Below, in pieces: positions 9,650 to 20,703 of a DNA stretch of 64,000 bases. The position numbers and the translations under genes were made by a program. The notes below the pieces were generated by a model that saw only the letters and a program-made list of their open reading frames with translations, had not been told where the DNA came from and did not search any database. Each line of letters opens with the position of its first letter. Positions within the stretch are counted from its first letter, which is position 1. This DNA is from Escherichia phage vB_EcoM_G2540-3. The stretch lies in the sequence record MK327944.1; one strand, written 5' to 3'.

Positions 9650-10402
9650 ATGGCAAACATTATTCGTTGTAAATTACCAGATGGTGTTCATCGTTTTAAA
9701 CCATTTACGGTAGAAGATTATCGAGATTTTTTGTTAGTTCGAAACGATATAGAGCATCGGTCACCACAAGAACAAAAAGAAATAATTACTGATTTAATTG
9801 ATGATTATTTTGGAGACTATCCGAAGACTTGGCAACCATTTATATTTTTGCAGGTATTTGTAGGGTCAATAGGTAAAACTAAAGTACCAGTCACATTTGT
9901 ATGTCCAAAATGTAAAAAAGAAAAGACAGTTCCATTTGAAATATATCAAAAAGAATTAAAGGAACCTATTTTTGATGTAGCTAATGTTAAAATTAAATTA
10001 AAGTTTCCTTCTGAGTTTTATGAAAATAAAGCAAAGATGATTACTGAAAATATTCATTCTGTTCAAGTAGATGAAATGTGGTATGATTGGAAGGAAATTA
10101 GTGAATCGAGTCAAATAGAACTTGTTGACGCCATCGAGATAGAAACATTAGAAAAAATTCTCGATGCAATGAATCCTATTAATTTAACATTGCACATGTC
10201 GTGTTGTGATAAGTACATTAAAAAATACACTGATATAGTAGATGTGTTTAAGCTATTAGTTAATCCAGATGAGATATTTACTTTTTATCAAATTAATCAC
10301 ACGCTTGTAAAAAGTAATTATAGCTTAAATTCAATAATGAAAATGATTCCTGCCGAGCGCGGATTCGTATTAAAACTGATTGAGAAGGATAAACATCAAT
10401 GA
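9650..10402 (+). CDS. 51: Baseplate hub assembly protein gp51
   Basis: 250 aa, Cys-rich, position. Confidence 0.85.
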   Translation: MANIIRCKLPDGVHRFKPFTVEDYRDFLLVRNDIEHRSPQEQKEIITDLIDDYFGDYPKTWQPFIFLQVFVGSIGKTKVPVTFVCPKCKKEKTVPFEIYQKELKEPIFDVANVKIKLKFPSEFYENKAKMITENIHSVQVDEMWYDWKEISESSQIELVDAIEIETLEKILDAMNPINLTLHMSCCDKYIKKYTDIVDVFKLLVNPDEIFTFYQINHTLVKSNYSLNSIMKMIPAERGFVLKLIEKDKHQ

Positions 10403-11571
10403 GTATGTTACAACGTCCTGGATATCCAAATCTCAGCGTTAAATTATTTGAGAGTTATGACGCTTGGAGTAATAATAGATTTGTTGAATTAGCTGCTACT
10501 ATTACCACATTAACTATGCGTGACTCTCTTTATGGTCGAAATGAAGGAATGCTGCAGTTTTATGATTCTAAAAATATCCACACAAAAATGGATGGAAATG
10601 AAATAATTCAAATTTCTGTAGCTAATGCAAACGATATTAATAATGTTAAAACACGAATTTATGGATGCAAGCATTTTTCCGTGTCAGTAGATTCAAAAGG
10701 CGATAACATCATTGCTATTGAATTGGGAACTATTCATTCTATAGAAAATCTTAAATTTGGTAGACCATTTTTCCCTGATGCAGGTGAATCTATAAAAGAA
10801 ATGCTTGGTGTCATTTATCAAGACCGCACATTATTAACTCCAGCAATAAATGCTATAAATGCTTATGTTCCTGATATTCCATGGACTAGCACATTTGAAA
10901 ACTATTTGTCATATGTAAGAGAAGTTGCTCTAGCGGTAGGAAGCGATAAGTTCGTATTTGTATGGCAAGACATCATGGGAGTTAACATGATGGACTATGA
11001 TATGATGATAAATCAAGAACCATATCCAATGATTGTAGGTGAGCCAACTTTAATAGGTCAATTCGTCCAAGAATTGAAATATCCATTAGCATATGATTTT
11101 GTTTGGTTGACTAAATCAAACCCGCATAAACGTGATCCAATGAAAAATGCTACTATCTATGCTCATTCATTTTTAGATTCTTCACTGCCAATGATTACTA
11201 CAGGAAAGGGTGAAAACTCTATTGTGGTGTCAAGGTCAGGTGCTTATTCTGAAATGACTTATAGGAATGGATATGAAGAAGCTATTCGTCTTCAAACTAT
11301 GGCACAATATGACGGCTATGCTAAATGTTCTACTGTCGGTAATTTTAACTTGACTCCTGGTGTTAAAATTATTTTTAATGATAGTAAAAACCAATTTAAA
11401 ACAGAATTTTACGTTGATGAAGTTATCCATGAATTATCCAATAATAATTCAGTAACTCATCTATATATGTTCACTAATGCAACGAAACTGGAAACAATAG
11501 ACCCAGTTAAGGTTAAAAATGAATTTAAATCTGATACTACCACTGAAGAAAGTAGTTCTTCCAATAAGTAA
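10399..11571 (+). CDS. 27: Baseplate hub protein gp27
   Basis: 390 aa, T4 order 51-27-28-29. Confidence 0.9.
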   Translation: MSMLQRPGYPNLSVKLFESYDAWSNNRFVELAATITTLTMRDSLYGRNEGMLQFYDSKNIHTKMDGNEIIQISVANANDINNVKTRIYGCKHFSVSVDSKGDNIIAIELGTIHSIENLKFGRPFFPDAGESIKEMLGVIYQDRTLLTPAINAINAYVPDIPWTSTFENYLSYVREVALAVGSDKFVFVWQDIMGVNMMDYDMMINQEPYPMIVGEPTLIGQFVQELKYPLAYDFVWLTKSNPHKRDPMKNATIYAHSFLDSSLPMITTGKGENSIVVSRSGAYSEMTYRNGYEEAIRLQTMAQYDGYAKCSTVGNFNLTPGVKIIFNDSKNQFKTEFYVDEVIHELSNNNSVTHLYMFTNATKLETIDPVKVKNEFKSDTTTEESSSSNK

Positions 11572-12052
11572 TAAAGAAGTTTCTATTCCTAAAATGGGTC
11601 TTAAACATTATAACATTTTAAAGGATGTTAAAGGTCCTGATGAAAATTTAAAACTTCTTATTGATTCTATTTGTCCGAATTTATCACCGGCAGAAGTTGA
11701 TTTCGTTTCTATTCATTTATTGGAATTTAATGGAAAGATTAAATCTCGTAAAGAAATAGATGGTTATACTTATGACATTAATGATGTTTATGTGTGCCAA
11801 AGATTAGAATTTCAATACCAAGGAAATACATTTTATTTTAGACCTCCTGGAAAATTTGAACAATTTTTAACGGTGAGCGATATGTTATCCAAATGCTTGC
11901 TTAAGGTCAATGATGAAGTTAAAGAAATTAATTTTCTTGAGATGCCAGCATTCGTTTTAAAATGGGCAAATGATATTTTTACAACTTTAGCAATTCCTGG
12001 CCCTAATGGTCCAATAACCGGAATTGGCAATATTATTGGATTATTTGAATGA
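11519..12052 (+). CDS. 28: Baseplate hub distal protein gp28
   Basis: 177 aa, overlaps 27 end. Confidence 0.85.
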   Translation: MNLNLILPLKKVVLPISNKEVSIPKMGLKHYNILKDVKGPDENLKLLIDSICPNLSPAEVDFVSIHLLEFNGKIKSRKEIDGYTYDINDVYVCQRLEFQYQGNTFYFRPPGKFEQFLTVSDMLSKCLLKVNDEVKEINFLEMPAFVLKWANDIFTTLAIPGPNGPITGIGNIIGLFE

Positions 12053-13821
12053 AAAAGCCACAAGAAATGCAAACGATGCGTAGAAAAGTTATTTCAGATA
12101 ATAAACCAACACAGGAAGCGGCTAAATCCGCTTCTAACACTTTATCTGGACTTAACGATATATCTACGAAATTGGATGATGCTCAAGCTGCTTCTGAATT
12201 AATTGCTCAAACTGTTGAAGAAAAATCGAATGAAATAATTGGAGCAATTGACAATGTAGAAAGCGCAGTGAGTGATACTACTGCTGGTTCTGAGTTAATT
12301 GCTGAAACTGTCGAAATTGGCAATAATATTAATAAAGAAATCGGTGAATCGCTCGGAAGTAAATTAGATAAATTAACGAGTTTACTCGAGCAAAAAATCC
12401 AGACAGCCGGAATTCAACAAACAGGAACTAGTTTAGCTACGGTTGAAAGCGCTATTCCTGTTAAAGTTGTTGAGGACGATACAGCTGAATCCGTGGGTCC
12501 TTTATTACCAGCTCCTGAAGCAGTTAATAATGATCCTGATGCTGATTTTTTCCCTACCCCTCAGCCAGTTGAACCTAAACAAGAATCGCCAGAAGAAAAA
12601 CAGAAAAAAGAAGCATTTAACTTAAAATTATCTCAAGCTTTAGATAAATTAACAAAGACTGTTGATTTTGGATTTAAGAAATCTATTTCAATTAGTGATA
12701 AAATATCAAGCATGTTATTTAAGTATACCGTTAGTGCTGCTATTGAAGCTGCTAAAATGACTGCAATGATATTGGCTGTTGTTGTTGGAATAGATCTGTT
12801 GATGGTTCACTTCAAATATTGGTCAGATAAATTTTCGCAGGCATGGGATTTGTTTAGTACAAACTTTACCAAATTCTCTAGCGAAACCGGAACGTGGGGT
12901 CCTTTATTACAGAGCATCTTTGATTCTATTGATAAAATTAAACAACTTTGGGAAGCGGGAGATTGGGGTGGATTGACAGCAGCTATTGTTGAAGGACTCG
13001 GAAGTGTTCTTTTTAATTTAGGTGAACTTATTCAATTAGGTATGGCTAAATTATCTGCTGCAATTCTTCGAGTCATTCCTGGTATGAAGGATACTGCTGA
13101 TGAAGTAGAAGGAAGAGCATTAGAAAATTTCCAAAATTCTACTGGAGCATCTCTCAATAAAGAAGACCAGGAAAAAGTTGCAAATTATCAAGATAAACGA
13201 ATGAATGGAGACCTTGGTCCGATAGCAAAAGGATTAGATAAAATTGCTAATTGGAAAACTCGTGCATCTAATTGGATTCGTGGAGTTGATAATAAAGAAG
13301 CACTAACTACTGACGAAGAGCGTGCGGCAGAAGAAGAAAAATTAAAGCAACTTTCACCTGAAGAAAGAAAAAATGCTTTAATGAAGGCTAATGAAGCCCG
13401 TGCCGCAATGATTCGCTTTGAAAAATATGCTGATTCAGCTGATATGAGTAAAGACTCAACGGTTAAATCAGTTGAAGCTGCCTATGAAGACCTTAAAAAA
13501 CGGATGGATGACCCGGATTTAAATAATTCACCGGCAGTTAAAAAAGAACTTGCTGCTAGATTTTCTAAAATTGATGCTACTTATCAAGAGCTCAAGAAAA
13601 ATCAGCCTAATGCCAAACCTGAAACTTCTGCTAAATCACCAGAAGCGAAACAAGTCCAGGTGATTGAAAAGAACAAAGCACAGCAAGCTCCTGTTCAACA
13701 AGCATCTCCTTCAATCAATAATACTAATAATGTTATTAAGAAAAATACTGTCGTTCATAATATGACACCCGTAACGAGCACGACTGCTCCTGGTGTATTT
13801 GATGCGACTGGAGTTAATTAA
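12049..13821 (+). CDS. 29: Tail tape-measure / baseplate hub protein gp29
   Basis: 590 aa. Confidence 0.9.
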   Translation: MKKPQEMQTMRRKVISDNKPTQEAAKSASNTLSGLNDISTKLDDAQAASELIAQTVEEKSNEIIGAIDNVESAVSDTTAGSELIAETVEIGNNINKEIGESLGSKLDKLTSLLEQKIQTAGIQQTGTSLATVESAIPVKVVEDDTAESVGPLLPAPEAVNNDPDADFFPTPQPVEPKQESPEEKQKKEAFNLKLSQALDKLTKTVDFGFKKSISISDKISSMLFKYTVSAAIEAAKMTAMILAVVVGIDLLMVHFKYWSDKFSQAWDLFSTNFTKFSSETGTWGPLLQSIFDSIDKIKQLWEAGDWGGLTAAIVEGLGSVLFNLGELIQLGMAKLSAAILRVIPGMKDTADEVEGRALENFQNSTGASLNKEDQEKVANYQDKRMNGDLGPIAKGLDKIANWKTRASNWIRGVDNKEALTTDEERAAEEEKLKQLSPEERKNALMKANEARAAMIRFEKYADSADMSKDSTVKSVEAAYEDLKKRMDDPDLNNSPAVKKELAARFSKIDATYQELKKNQPNAKPETSAKSPEAKQVQVIEKNKAQQAPVQQASPSINNTNNVIKKNTVVHNMTPVTSTTAPGVFDATGVN

Positions 13822-13829
13822 GGAATAAT

Positions 13830-14924
13830 ATGGCAATTGTTAAAGAAATAACTGCTGATTTAATTAAAAAGTCTGGTGAGAAAATTTCAGCCGGACAGAG
13901 TACTAAATCAGAAGTAGGAACTAAAACATACACTGCCCAGTTTCCAACTGGGCGTGCTAGTGGTAATGACACTACAGGGGACTTCCAGGTAACAGATCTA
14001 TATAAGAATGGATTATTATTTACTGCATACAATATGTCATCTAGGGATTCTGGAAGTCTTAGATCGATGAGATCTAACTACTCTTCTTCATCTTCGAGTA
14101 TTTTACGTACAGCTAGAAACACTATTAGTAGTACAGTATCAAAACTATCAAATGGATTAATATCAAATAATAATTCAGGAACAATAAGTAAAGCTCTTGT
14201 CGCAAACATTCTTTTACCGAGATCTAAATCTGATGTTGACACATCATCACATAGATTTAATGATGTTCAAGAAAGCCTTATCAGTAGAGGCGGAGGTACT
14301 GCTACTGGTGTGCTAAGTAATGTTGCTTCAACCGCAGTATTTGGGGCACTGGAAAGTATAACACAAGGTATAATGGCTGATAATAATGAACAGATTTATA
14401 CGACAGCCAGAAGTATGTATGGTGGTGCTGAAAATAGAACTAAAGTGTTTACATGGGATTTGACTCCACGTTCAACAGAAGATTTAATGGCTATTATTAA
14501 TATCTATCAATATTTTAACTATTTTTCTTATGGTGAAACAGGTAAATCTCAATACGCTGCTGAAATAAAGGGGTATTTAGATGATTGGTATCGTTCTACG
14601 TTAATTGAACCTTTATCTCCGGAAGACGCAGCTAAAAATAAAACACTATTTGAGAAAATGACAGCAAGTTTAACGAACGTTCTAGTAGTTTCAAACCCGA
14701 CAGTTTGGATGGTGAAAAACTTTGGCGCAACATCTAAGTTTGATGGAAAAACGGAAATATTTGGTCCATGCCAAATACAGAGCATTAGATTTGATAAAAC
14801 CCCTAATGGTAACTTTAACGGATTAGCTATTGCTCCAAACCTCCCTAGTACATTTACTCTCGAGATTACTATGAGAGAAATTATCACGTTAAACCGTGCT
14901 TCTTTATATGCGGGGACTTTTTAA
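13830..14924 (+). CDS. 48: Baseplate-tail tube junction protein gp48
   Basis: 364 aa. Confidence 0.85.
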   Translation: MAIVKEITADLIKKSGEKISAGQSTKSEVGTKTYTAQFPTGRASGNDTTGDFQVTDLYKNGLLFTAYNMSSRDSGSLRSMRSNYSSSSSSILRTARNTISSTVSKLSNGLISNNNSGTISKALVANILLPRSKSDVDTSSHRFNDVQESLISRGGGTATGVLSNVASTAVFGALESITQGIMADNNEQIYTTARSMYGGAENRTKVFTWDLTPRSTEDLMAIINIYQYFNYFSYGETGKSQYAAEIKGYLDDWYRSTLIEPLSPEDAAKNKTLFEKMTASLTNVLVVSNPTVWMVKNFGATSKFDGKTEIFGPCQIQSIRFDKTPNGNFNGLAIAPNLPSTFTLEITMREIITLNRASLYAGTF

Positions 14925-15889
14925 TGTATTCTTTAGAGGAATTTAATAATCAAGCAATAAACGCAGATTTCCAACGTAATAATATGTTTAGCTGCGTTTT
15001 TGCAACAACTCCATCAACTAAAAGCTCTTCGTTGATAAGTTCAATTAGCAACTTTTCTTATAATAACTTGGGCCTAAATTCAAATTGGTTAGGATTAACT
15101 CAAGGTGATATTAATCAGGGAATTACCACGCTAATTACCGCTGGCACACAAAAACTAATAAGAAAATCAGGAGTCAGTAAATATCTTATTGGTGCCATGA
15201 GTCAACGTACTGTCCAGAGTTTATTAGGCTCATTTACAGTCGGTACATATTTAATCGATTTCTTTAATATGGCGTATAATTCATCTGGATTGATGATATA
15301 TTCTGTAAAAATGCCAGAGAATAGATTATCCTATGAAACTGACTGGAACTATAATTCTCCTAATATTCGTATAACTGGGAGAGAATTAGACCCTTTGGTT
15401 ATTTCATTTAGAATGGATTCAGAAGCTTGTAACTATCGTGCAATGCAAGACTGGGTTAACTCCGTTCAAGACCCAGTAACTGGACTACGTGCTTTGCCGC
15501 AAGATGTCGAGGCAGATATTCAGGTTAATCTTCATTCTCGTAATGGATTGCCTCATACTGCGGTGATGTTCACCGGATGCATTCCAATATCAGTGAGCGC
15601 TCCTGAGTTATCGTATGATGGAGATAACCAAATAACTACATTTGATGTTACTTTTGCGTATAGAGTGATGCAGGCTGGAGCAGTTGATAGGCAAGCTGCG
15701 CTTGAATGGCTTGAATCTGCTGCTATAAATGGTATTCAAAGCGTTCTCGGAAATAGTGGAGGTGTTACTGGACTATCTAATTCGCTTTCACGACTCAGTA
15801 GATTAGGTGGAACTGCAGGAAGCATTTCAAACATTAATACTATGACAGGAATTGTCAATTCGCAAAGTAAAATATTAGGAGCAATATAA
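14924..15889 (+). CDS. 54: Baseplate-tail tube initiator gp54
   Basis: 321 aa. Confidence 0.88.
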   Translation: MYSLEEFNNQAINADFQRNNMFSCVFATTPSTKSSSLISSISNFSYNNLGLNSNWLGLTQGDINQGITTLITAGTQKLIRKSGVSKYLIGAMSQRTVQSLLGSFTVGTYLIDFFNMAYNSSGLMIYSVKMPENRLSYETDWNYNSPNIRITGRELDPLVISFRMDSEACNYRAMQDWVNSVQDPVTGLRALPQDVEADIQVNLHSRNGLPHTAVMFTGCIPISVSAPELSYDGDNQITTFDVTFAYRVMQAGAVDRQAALEWLESAAINGIQSVLGNSGGVTGLSNSLSRLSRLGGTAGSISNINTMTGIVNSQSKILGAI

Positions 15890-15893
15890 CAAT

Positions 15894-15923
15894 GGGGACC
15901 GAAAGGTCCCCATATTTTTATTT
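15894..15923 (+). terminator. Intrinsic terminator after gene 54 (ggggaccgaaaggtcccc plus T-run)
   Basis: Perfect hairpin followed by tttttattt. Confidence 0.65.
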
Positions 15924-16208
15924 ACGGAATGAAATGAAAGCAGCAACTGAAGCAACTAAACTGTCTTCAATATAAACTTCAATTTTTACCGGAGCTTCTG
16001 ACTCAAATTTACCTGTTACTACACCCTGAAAAATACTTTCAGTCTGTTCTGGCTTTGAAAAATTTTCAGAAGGAAAAATTCCAAACTTTTTATCTGTTCC
16101 GAAAATTTTGATAAATTCATCATAAACTGCTTCATTAAAAGCATTATCAGCAGGAATAACGCCTTCAACTACAAGTTCTTGACCTAAAAAGCGTAAAGAA
16201 GATTTCAT
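15918..16208 (-). CDS. Hypothetical protein (alt.-3 position)
   Basis: 96-aa ATG ORF with SD gagga; preceded by promoter/leader cassette identical to the one upstream of alc. Confidence 0.6.
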   Translation of the reverse strand: MKSSLRFLGQELVVEGVIPADNAFNEAVYDEFIKIFGTDKKFGIFPSENFSKPEQTESIFQGVVTGKFESEAPVKIEVYIEDSLVASVAAFISFRK

Positions 16209-16209
16209 T

Positions 16210-16262
16210 TTGTGTTCCTCATGTTATGTCAGTAAGACTACTATAACACAACACGAGGGACT
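16210..16262 (-). promoter_or_regulatory. Early-promoter-like cassette (GTTTAC…TATAGT) with leader and SD; 53-bp identical copy of 29508-29560
   Basis: Minus-strand reading gtttacaagtccctcgtgttgtgttatagtagtcttactgacataacatgagg; identical at both loci. Confidence 0.55.
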
Positions 16263-16626
16263 TGTAAACTACATTTTGAACTTTTTAGTACGCGTAATAG
16301 GCATGCGTCGATTTTATACTGTTTCATTGTTTGAAGAGCAGTATCAAAAACAGCATTAATGACACCAATTGGATTTCCACCCAAGTTTTTAAGCTTAACT
16401 AATGATAGTTTCTCATTAACACCTATCATTACGATATGCATCATTTTATCGCCCGGCTTAACGTTTTATTCGTATCACCGCCAGAGGTGTATGTACAAAA
16501 TCTAAATCCAGGAAGCACGCTTTCTTCGCCGGCTTGAATAGCAAAAATTTGTGGTATTTTATGCTTAGGATTTAAGTTAACAACCGGCGCCGAAGCGCCG
16601 TCAAATAATTCTGTAATAAGTTCCAT
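16241..16626 (-). pseudogene. Decayed partial copy of the alt 5' end (Alt N-terminal ~130 aa, internally frameshifted)
   Basis: Two ORFs (61 and 67 aa) in different frames that align with Alt residues ~2-62 and ~64-130. Confidence 0.6.
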
Positions 16627-16629
16627 GAT

Positions 16630-18739
16630 TTATCCTTGAACGAACTTGTAAGGCATGTTTGCAATATCTATGCAAGACGCAATAATTCCAAGAGATGATT
16701 CTACTTTCTGTTTAACATTTGATGAAACAAATGATGCAAAGTCAACTCTATCTTCTATATCACCTGTCATTGTAACCAATTCACCAGTTTCCATTAAACG
16801 GTCACCGTCATAGATTACCGATTCGGTGAGTTCTTCTGTGGTCATAACTTCAGCTTGAATAAGCTTGTTGTTAGTTCTAACTGTTCCATCGTTGTAAGAT
16901 GCATCGGTTATTTTATTAACTTTGACCATTAATCCACGTGGCAAAATGACTTCCATTTCATTTGAAGGCGCTAAACTTCCACCGGGTAAAACAACATTGA
17001 CCTTATCAGCCCCAGTAATAACCCGCTAAACTTCCACCGGGTAAAACAACATTGACCTTATCAGCCCCAGTAATAACCCATCCAATTCCAACTAAATTAT
17101 CGCTAGAATTTACTAGTCCTTCATCAGTTTTATCAATAGAAACACTTAGACGCTTTTCGTCTGGTAAAACACCTATAGATGAATCAGTCATCCAAGTACC
17201 AAAAATATTTGGATATAATGATGTTGACACAAAGTTTCTAAAATAAAAAACTCGATTTTTTACCATTGCTTCATATATTGAAGGTAACATTCGTTGTGAA
17301 CGATACAAAGTAATACCTTTTGGTAATCGTTCACCATTTTTAAAGGCTGAATCTAAATTATCAATGGCTTGTTCTATTTCAGGTGCTGTTAAAATACTTG
17401 TACGCTCATCTGGATTATATAATCCCAAAAGAGCATTATTTATGTCTACATATCCTGAACCTACATATTCACGAATTCCGCGTTTTTGCGCTGGTGTGTA
17501 TTTAGATGAATCTTTATTTTCGACTATAGGATGTAATGACCATCCAGCGGTAAGAGCATATCCACGTAATTCTCTTCGAATAATCTTTGTTTTTATTGCA
17601 TTCCAAGAATTTTGCACTAACTCATTATTCGCAGCGTCTTGATTTAAATGCGAATGTCTGTTAATATTTCTTTCAAACCAGGCACCTTTATATTTTTCTA
17701 AAGTATCATCGACGATAGAAGCAATAGTTTCTAAAGTTTTTATTGAAGTAATAGATTCTTTTCGTAATTTTTCTAAAGCTTTATTTTTTATTTCTGCATT
17801 AATAATGGATTCTTTATCTTCAGGAATTATAGAAGCTTCTCTGAATGCCATCCCAGCTGTAACACTGCTAAGAGCATTCTCTAGTGCAAATCCTGAAGTA
17901 GAAATTACCGTTAATTCATTAGAATCAGAAATTAAAGGCGCGTCCGCTGGTTTATTTAATTCTGCCGCTGAAGCCTCAAATTTTTGAAACATCGGTGTTT
18001 CAAATCTAGAAGATTCCAATGACTGACTTTGTGCAATTGCTCTACGGGAAATTTTAACTTTAACGATTACAGCTTGGTCAGAACGTTTATCATTTTCTTG
18101 TGCAATAGATGCTGCAATTGCCTCATTTTTAGTTACTTGAGCTCCAGTATCTTTATTGATATAAACATCACCGACCTTCGATTCAACTTTAGTAAAGAGC
18201 TCGGTACTAATTTCCGGAACCCCTGGAATGTCTTCTAGTGATACATTTTTGCGATGTATAAGAATATATGCATACTTTTTATCATAATCCCAGAGTTCCT
18301 TAAGAAGGACGTATCTGCCACCTGAACGACTACGGATAAGTCTATCAGCAATAACTTGAATTTGTCGAGCTTGGCCAGCAGTTTTAGACTTAAGAATACG
18401 AAGCATACAAGCATCAATTTTATACTGACGCATTGTTTGCATTGCAACAGTAAAAACCGAATTGATATAATTAATTGGGCTTGGACCAAGACCTTTCAAT
18501 TTAGCAATTGAACCTTTAGCGGTTAATGTAAAAGGAACAATATGCATCATTTTATCGCCCATCTTTAAATCACGATTAGTATCACCTCCAGATGTATAGG
18601 TACATAAACGAAAGCCTGGTTGTTCAATTGCGTCATCAACATGAACTGAAAAAATTTGCGGTATTTTCTTCTTTGGATTTAAGTTTGTAATCGGAAGAGT
18701 AGTATCTTCGTCAAATAATTCTGTAATTAGTTCCATCAT
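16630..18739 (-). pseudogene. alt: ADP-ribosyltransferase Alt, interrupted by a 55-bp tandem duplication (577-aa N-part plus 108-aa C-part in shifted frame)
   Basis: Removing one 55-bp copy restores one continuous ~684-aa frame (…VVLPGGSLAPSNEMEVILPRG…), close to the 682 aa recalled for T4 Alt. Confidence 0.8.
16970..17079. repeat. Perfect 2 x 55-bp direct tandem repeat
   Basis: gctaaacttccaccgggtaaaacaacattgaccttatcagccccagtaataaccc occurs twice back to back (16970-17024 and 17025-17079). Confidence 0.9.
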
Positions 18740-18749
18740 ATCCTCTCTA

Positions 18750-18780
18750 GTGTTTATTCTATTTATAAAATTAAAGGCCC
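18750..18780 (-). terminator. Intrinsic terminator upstream of alt (aaaggcccgaaggccttt)
   Basis: Hairpin followed by T-run on minus strand. Confidence 0.55.
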
Positions 18781-18788
18781 GAAGGCCT

Positions 18789-18977
18789 TTAGTAATCTAG
18801 TGGTAAGAGAGTACGATATATTTCAAACTTTGGTCCTTTTTCATAGGCATCAAATGTTTCTGTGAATTTATTATAAGCGTATGCATCTACAAATTCGAGA
18901 ATGACTTGTGATACAGAAGTAGAAACATCTCCACCTTCTTTTTGAGCAATGACAATTGTTTCTAAGTAAGCTTTCAT
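18789..18977 (-). CDS. Hypothetical protein
   Basis: 62-aa ATG ORF overlapping the ligase stop by 4 nt (ATGA coupling). Confidence 0.5.
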   Translation of the reverse strand: MKAYLETIVIAQKEGGDVSTSVSQVILEFVDAYAYNKFTETFDAYEKGPKFEIYRTLLPLDY

Positions 18978-20437
18978 AGACCAGTTACCTCATGAAAATC
19001 ACCAAATACATCTTCGAACGTATTAGCTTTAGTTTTATCTTCGCGTAAACGAATCGCAATCGGAAGAAATAATTTAACGTAATCAGTGCGGCCATCAGAT
19101 TTTAACCAACCGTTGCATTCGCACTCTAGAATTTTTCCAATATAATAATTTTGGTTTTCCATAATGCGAGTACGGTCAAGTTCATGCGATTTTACACCGG
19201 CTTTATCTTTTAAGCCTGAACCAGCATTTACCTTAATTTTTCCACACTCTGACTCAAGAATAAATCCACCTGCTTTAGTAGGGTCTTTACGGTGAGGATA
19301 AATTCCTACAATTTTTAAATCAACATCAATTACTTCTTTAAATTTATAGAGATTTTTTGAACGAGCATTTTCCCATAATCCATCGATATTTTTGAGAATA
19401 ATACCTTCAAGACCTTGGTCAATATACTTTTTATAAATTACCTTAGCTTCATCTAGGTTATTTACTACCTGGTTTTCAATTAAAATTACTTTATCATAGC
19501 CTGATGTCATTTGTTCTAGTTTAGAAAAACGTACATCATATTTCAAACGAAATGCAGGAAGACCGTATATTTCTACCAACGGAACATAATCCCAGACCTG
19601 AAACTTCATGCATTGAGCTTCTTTTTCAGAAATGGTTCCCTTTAAAGATTTATTGGCGATGCCATTAGATGCAGTACGTGATTCAGCTACTTCTGTGAAG
19701 TCTTTAACTTTACTGTTTTCAGGATGAGCATCAAAAAGAAAATCTAGGCCTTCTGGCTCCTTTTTAACTTGCTCATGGTATACCAATTCGCCATCAATTA
19801 ACACGCCTTCTGGATGAATCTGGCGGGCTTCAGCGGTCATTTTGATTAATTCTTCCTTAAGAAGATCTAATCCTAGATATTCATTACCGGCTCGTGATAA
19901 AAGACGAACATCATCTAATTCATCACCTCTGACTTCGGCAAAGCACCGAGCCCCATCAGCTTTTAACTGGGCAAAGGCTGGAAATTTGATATTCTTATTA
20001 ATGCCTTTTTCATCATAAGAACTTGCAAGCATTTGAGGTTGTTCAGGAATTAAACCTGGCCAAACTTTGTTTGCAATAGATACTGAAGCACCACATTCAA
20101 GGTCTCGCATCATCACTCGACGCAAAACTTCAACATCATCTTTTTTACCATCGGTGATATATCCAGATAATTCCTCAATTGCCGCATTTCCGGTCAATTT
20201 CCGAGTAGCTAACGTGAATTCAATGAAGTCAAGCATATCGGTAAGAGTCAACATTCCAAAACTCTGGGTAGCAATACCAGGTTTAGGCCATTTCTTAATA
20301 TAATACTGCAACCCACGAGAATAAGTCAGACGATATACTCGTTTAAGCAATTCATTATCTTTATTCTTTTCAAGAATTGCTTGCTTCTGCTTAGTTGAAC
20401 CAATAGATGCTATTTCGTTCAGAATTTTAAGAATCAT
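18974..20437 (-). CDS. 30: ATP-dependent DNA ligase
   Basis: 487 aa, adenylation motif KADGARC; N-terminus MILKILNEIASIGSTKQKQAILEKN as T4 ligase. Confidence 0.95.
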   Translation of the reverse strand: MILKILNEIASIGSTKQKQAILEKNKDNELLKRVYRLTYSRGLQYYIKKWPKPGIATQSFGMLTLTDMLDFIEFTLATRKLTGNAAIEELSGYITDGKKDDVEVLRRVMMRDLECGASVSIANKVWPGLIPEQPQMLASSYDEKGINKNIKFPAFAQLKADGARCFAEVRGDELDDVRLLSRAGNEYLGLDLLKEELIKMTAEARQIHPEGVLIDGELVYHEQVKKEPEGLDFLFDAHPENSKVKDFTEVAESRTASNGIANKSLKGTISEKEAQCMKFQVWDYVPLVEIYGLPAFRLKYDVRFSKLEQMTSGYDKVILIENQVVNNLDEAKVIYKKYIDQGLEGIILKNIDGLWENARSKNLYKFKEVIDVDLKIVGIYPHRKDPTKAGGFILESECGKIKVNAGSGLKDKAGVKSHELDRTRIMENQNYYIGKILECECNGWLKSDGRTDYVKLFLPIAIRLREDKTKANTFEDVFGDFHEVTGL

Positions 20438-20703
20438 TATTTATCCTTCAGAGTTTGATTTACAGTTCTATTATAAATCAATTCATCATTAAGCTCAGGC
20501 AAAGACTTATGATATGTAGTTCTAACTTTATTTCCTTGCATCCAGTGCTTGACGTAAATGAAACCTTGCTCTACACATTTTTTAAAAATTCGTTCGTCTT
20601 TTTGAGCTCGGAATTCTGGATTGCATCTAAAAAATTGATTTACGTGACCGTAATCACGTGTAGTATTACCTTCATTTTCATAAATAGTGTGAACAACAAA
20701 CAT
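20437..20703 (-). CDS. Hypothetical protein (30.1 position)
   Basis: 88-aa ORF. Confidence 0.6.
   Translation of the reverse strand: MFVVHTIYENEGNTTRDYGHVNQFFRCNPEFRAQKDERIFKKCVEQGFIYVKHWMQGNKVRTTYHKSLPELNDELIYNRTVNQTLKDK

Noticed and set aside
16970-17079. Programmed ribosomal frameshift in alt
   Set aside because: The frame change coincides exactly with a perfect 55-bp tandem duplication and there is no slippery heptamer; duplication-induced frameshift is the simpler explanation.
17052-18238. Four plus-strand ORFs (60-92 aa) inside alt
   Set aside because: Antisense to alt with no ribosome-binding sites; typical shadow ORFs.
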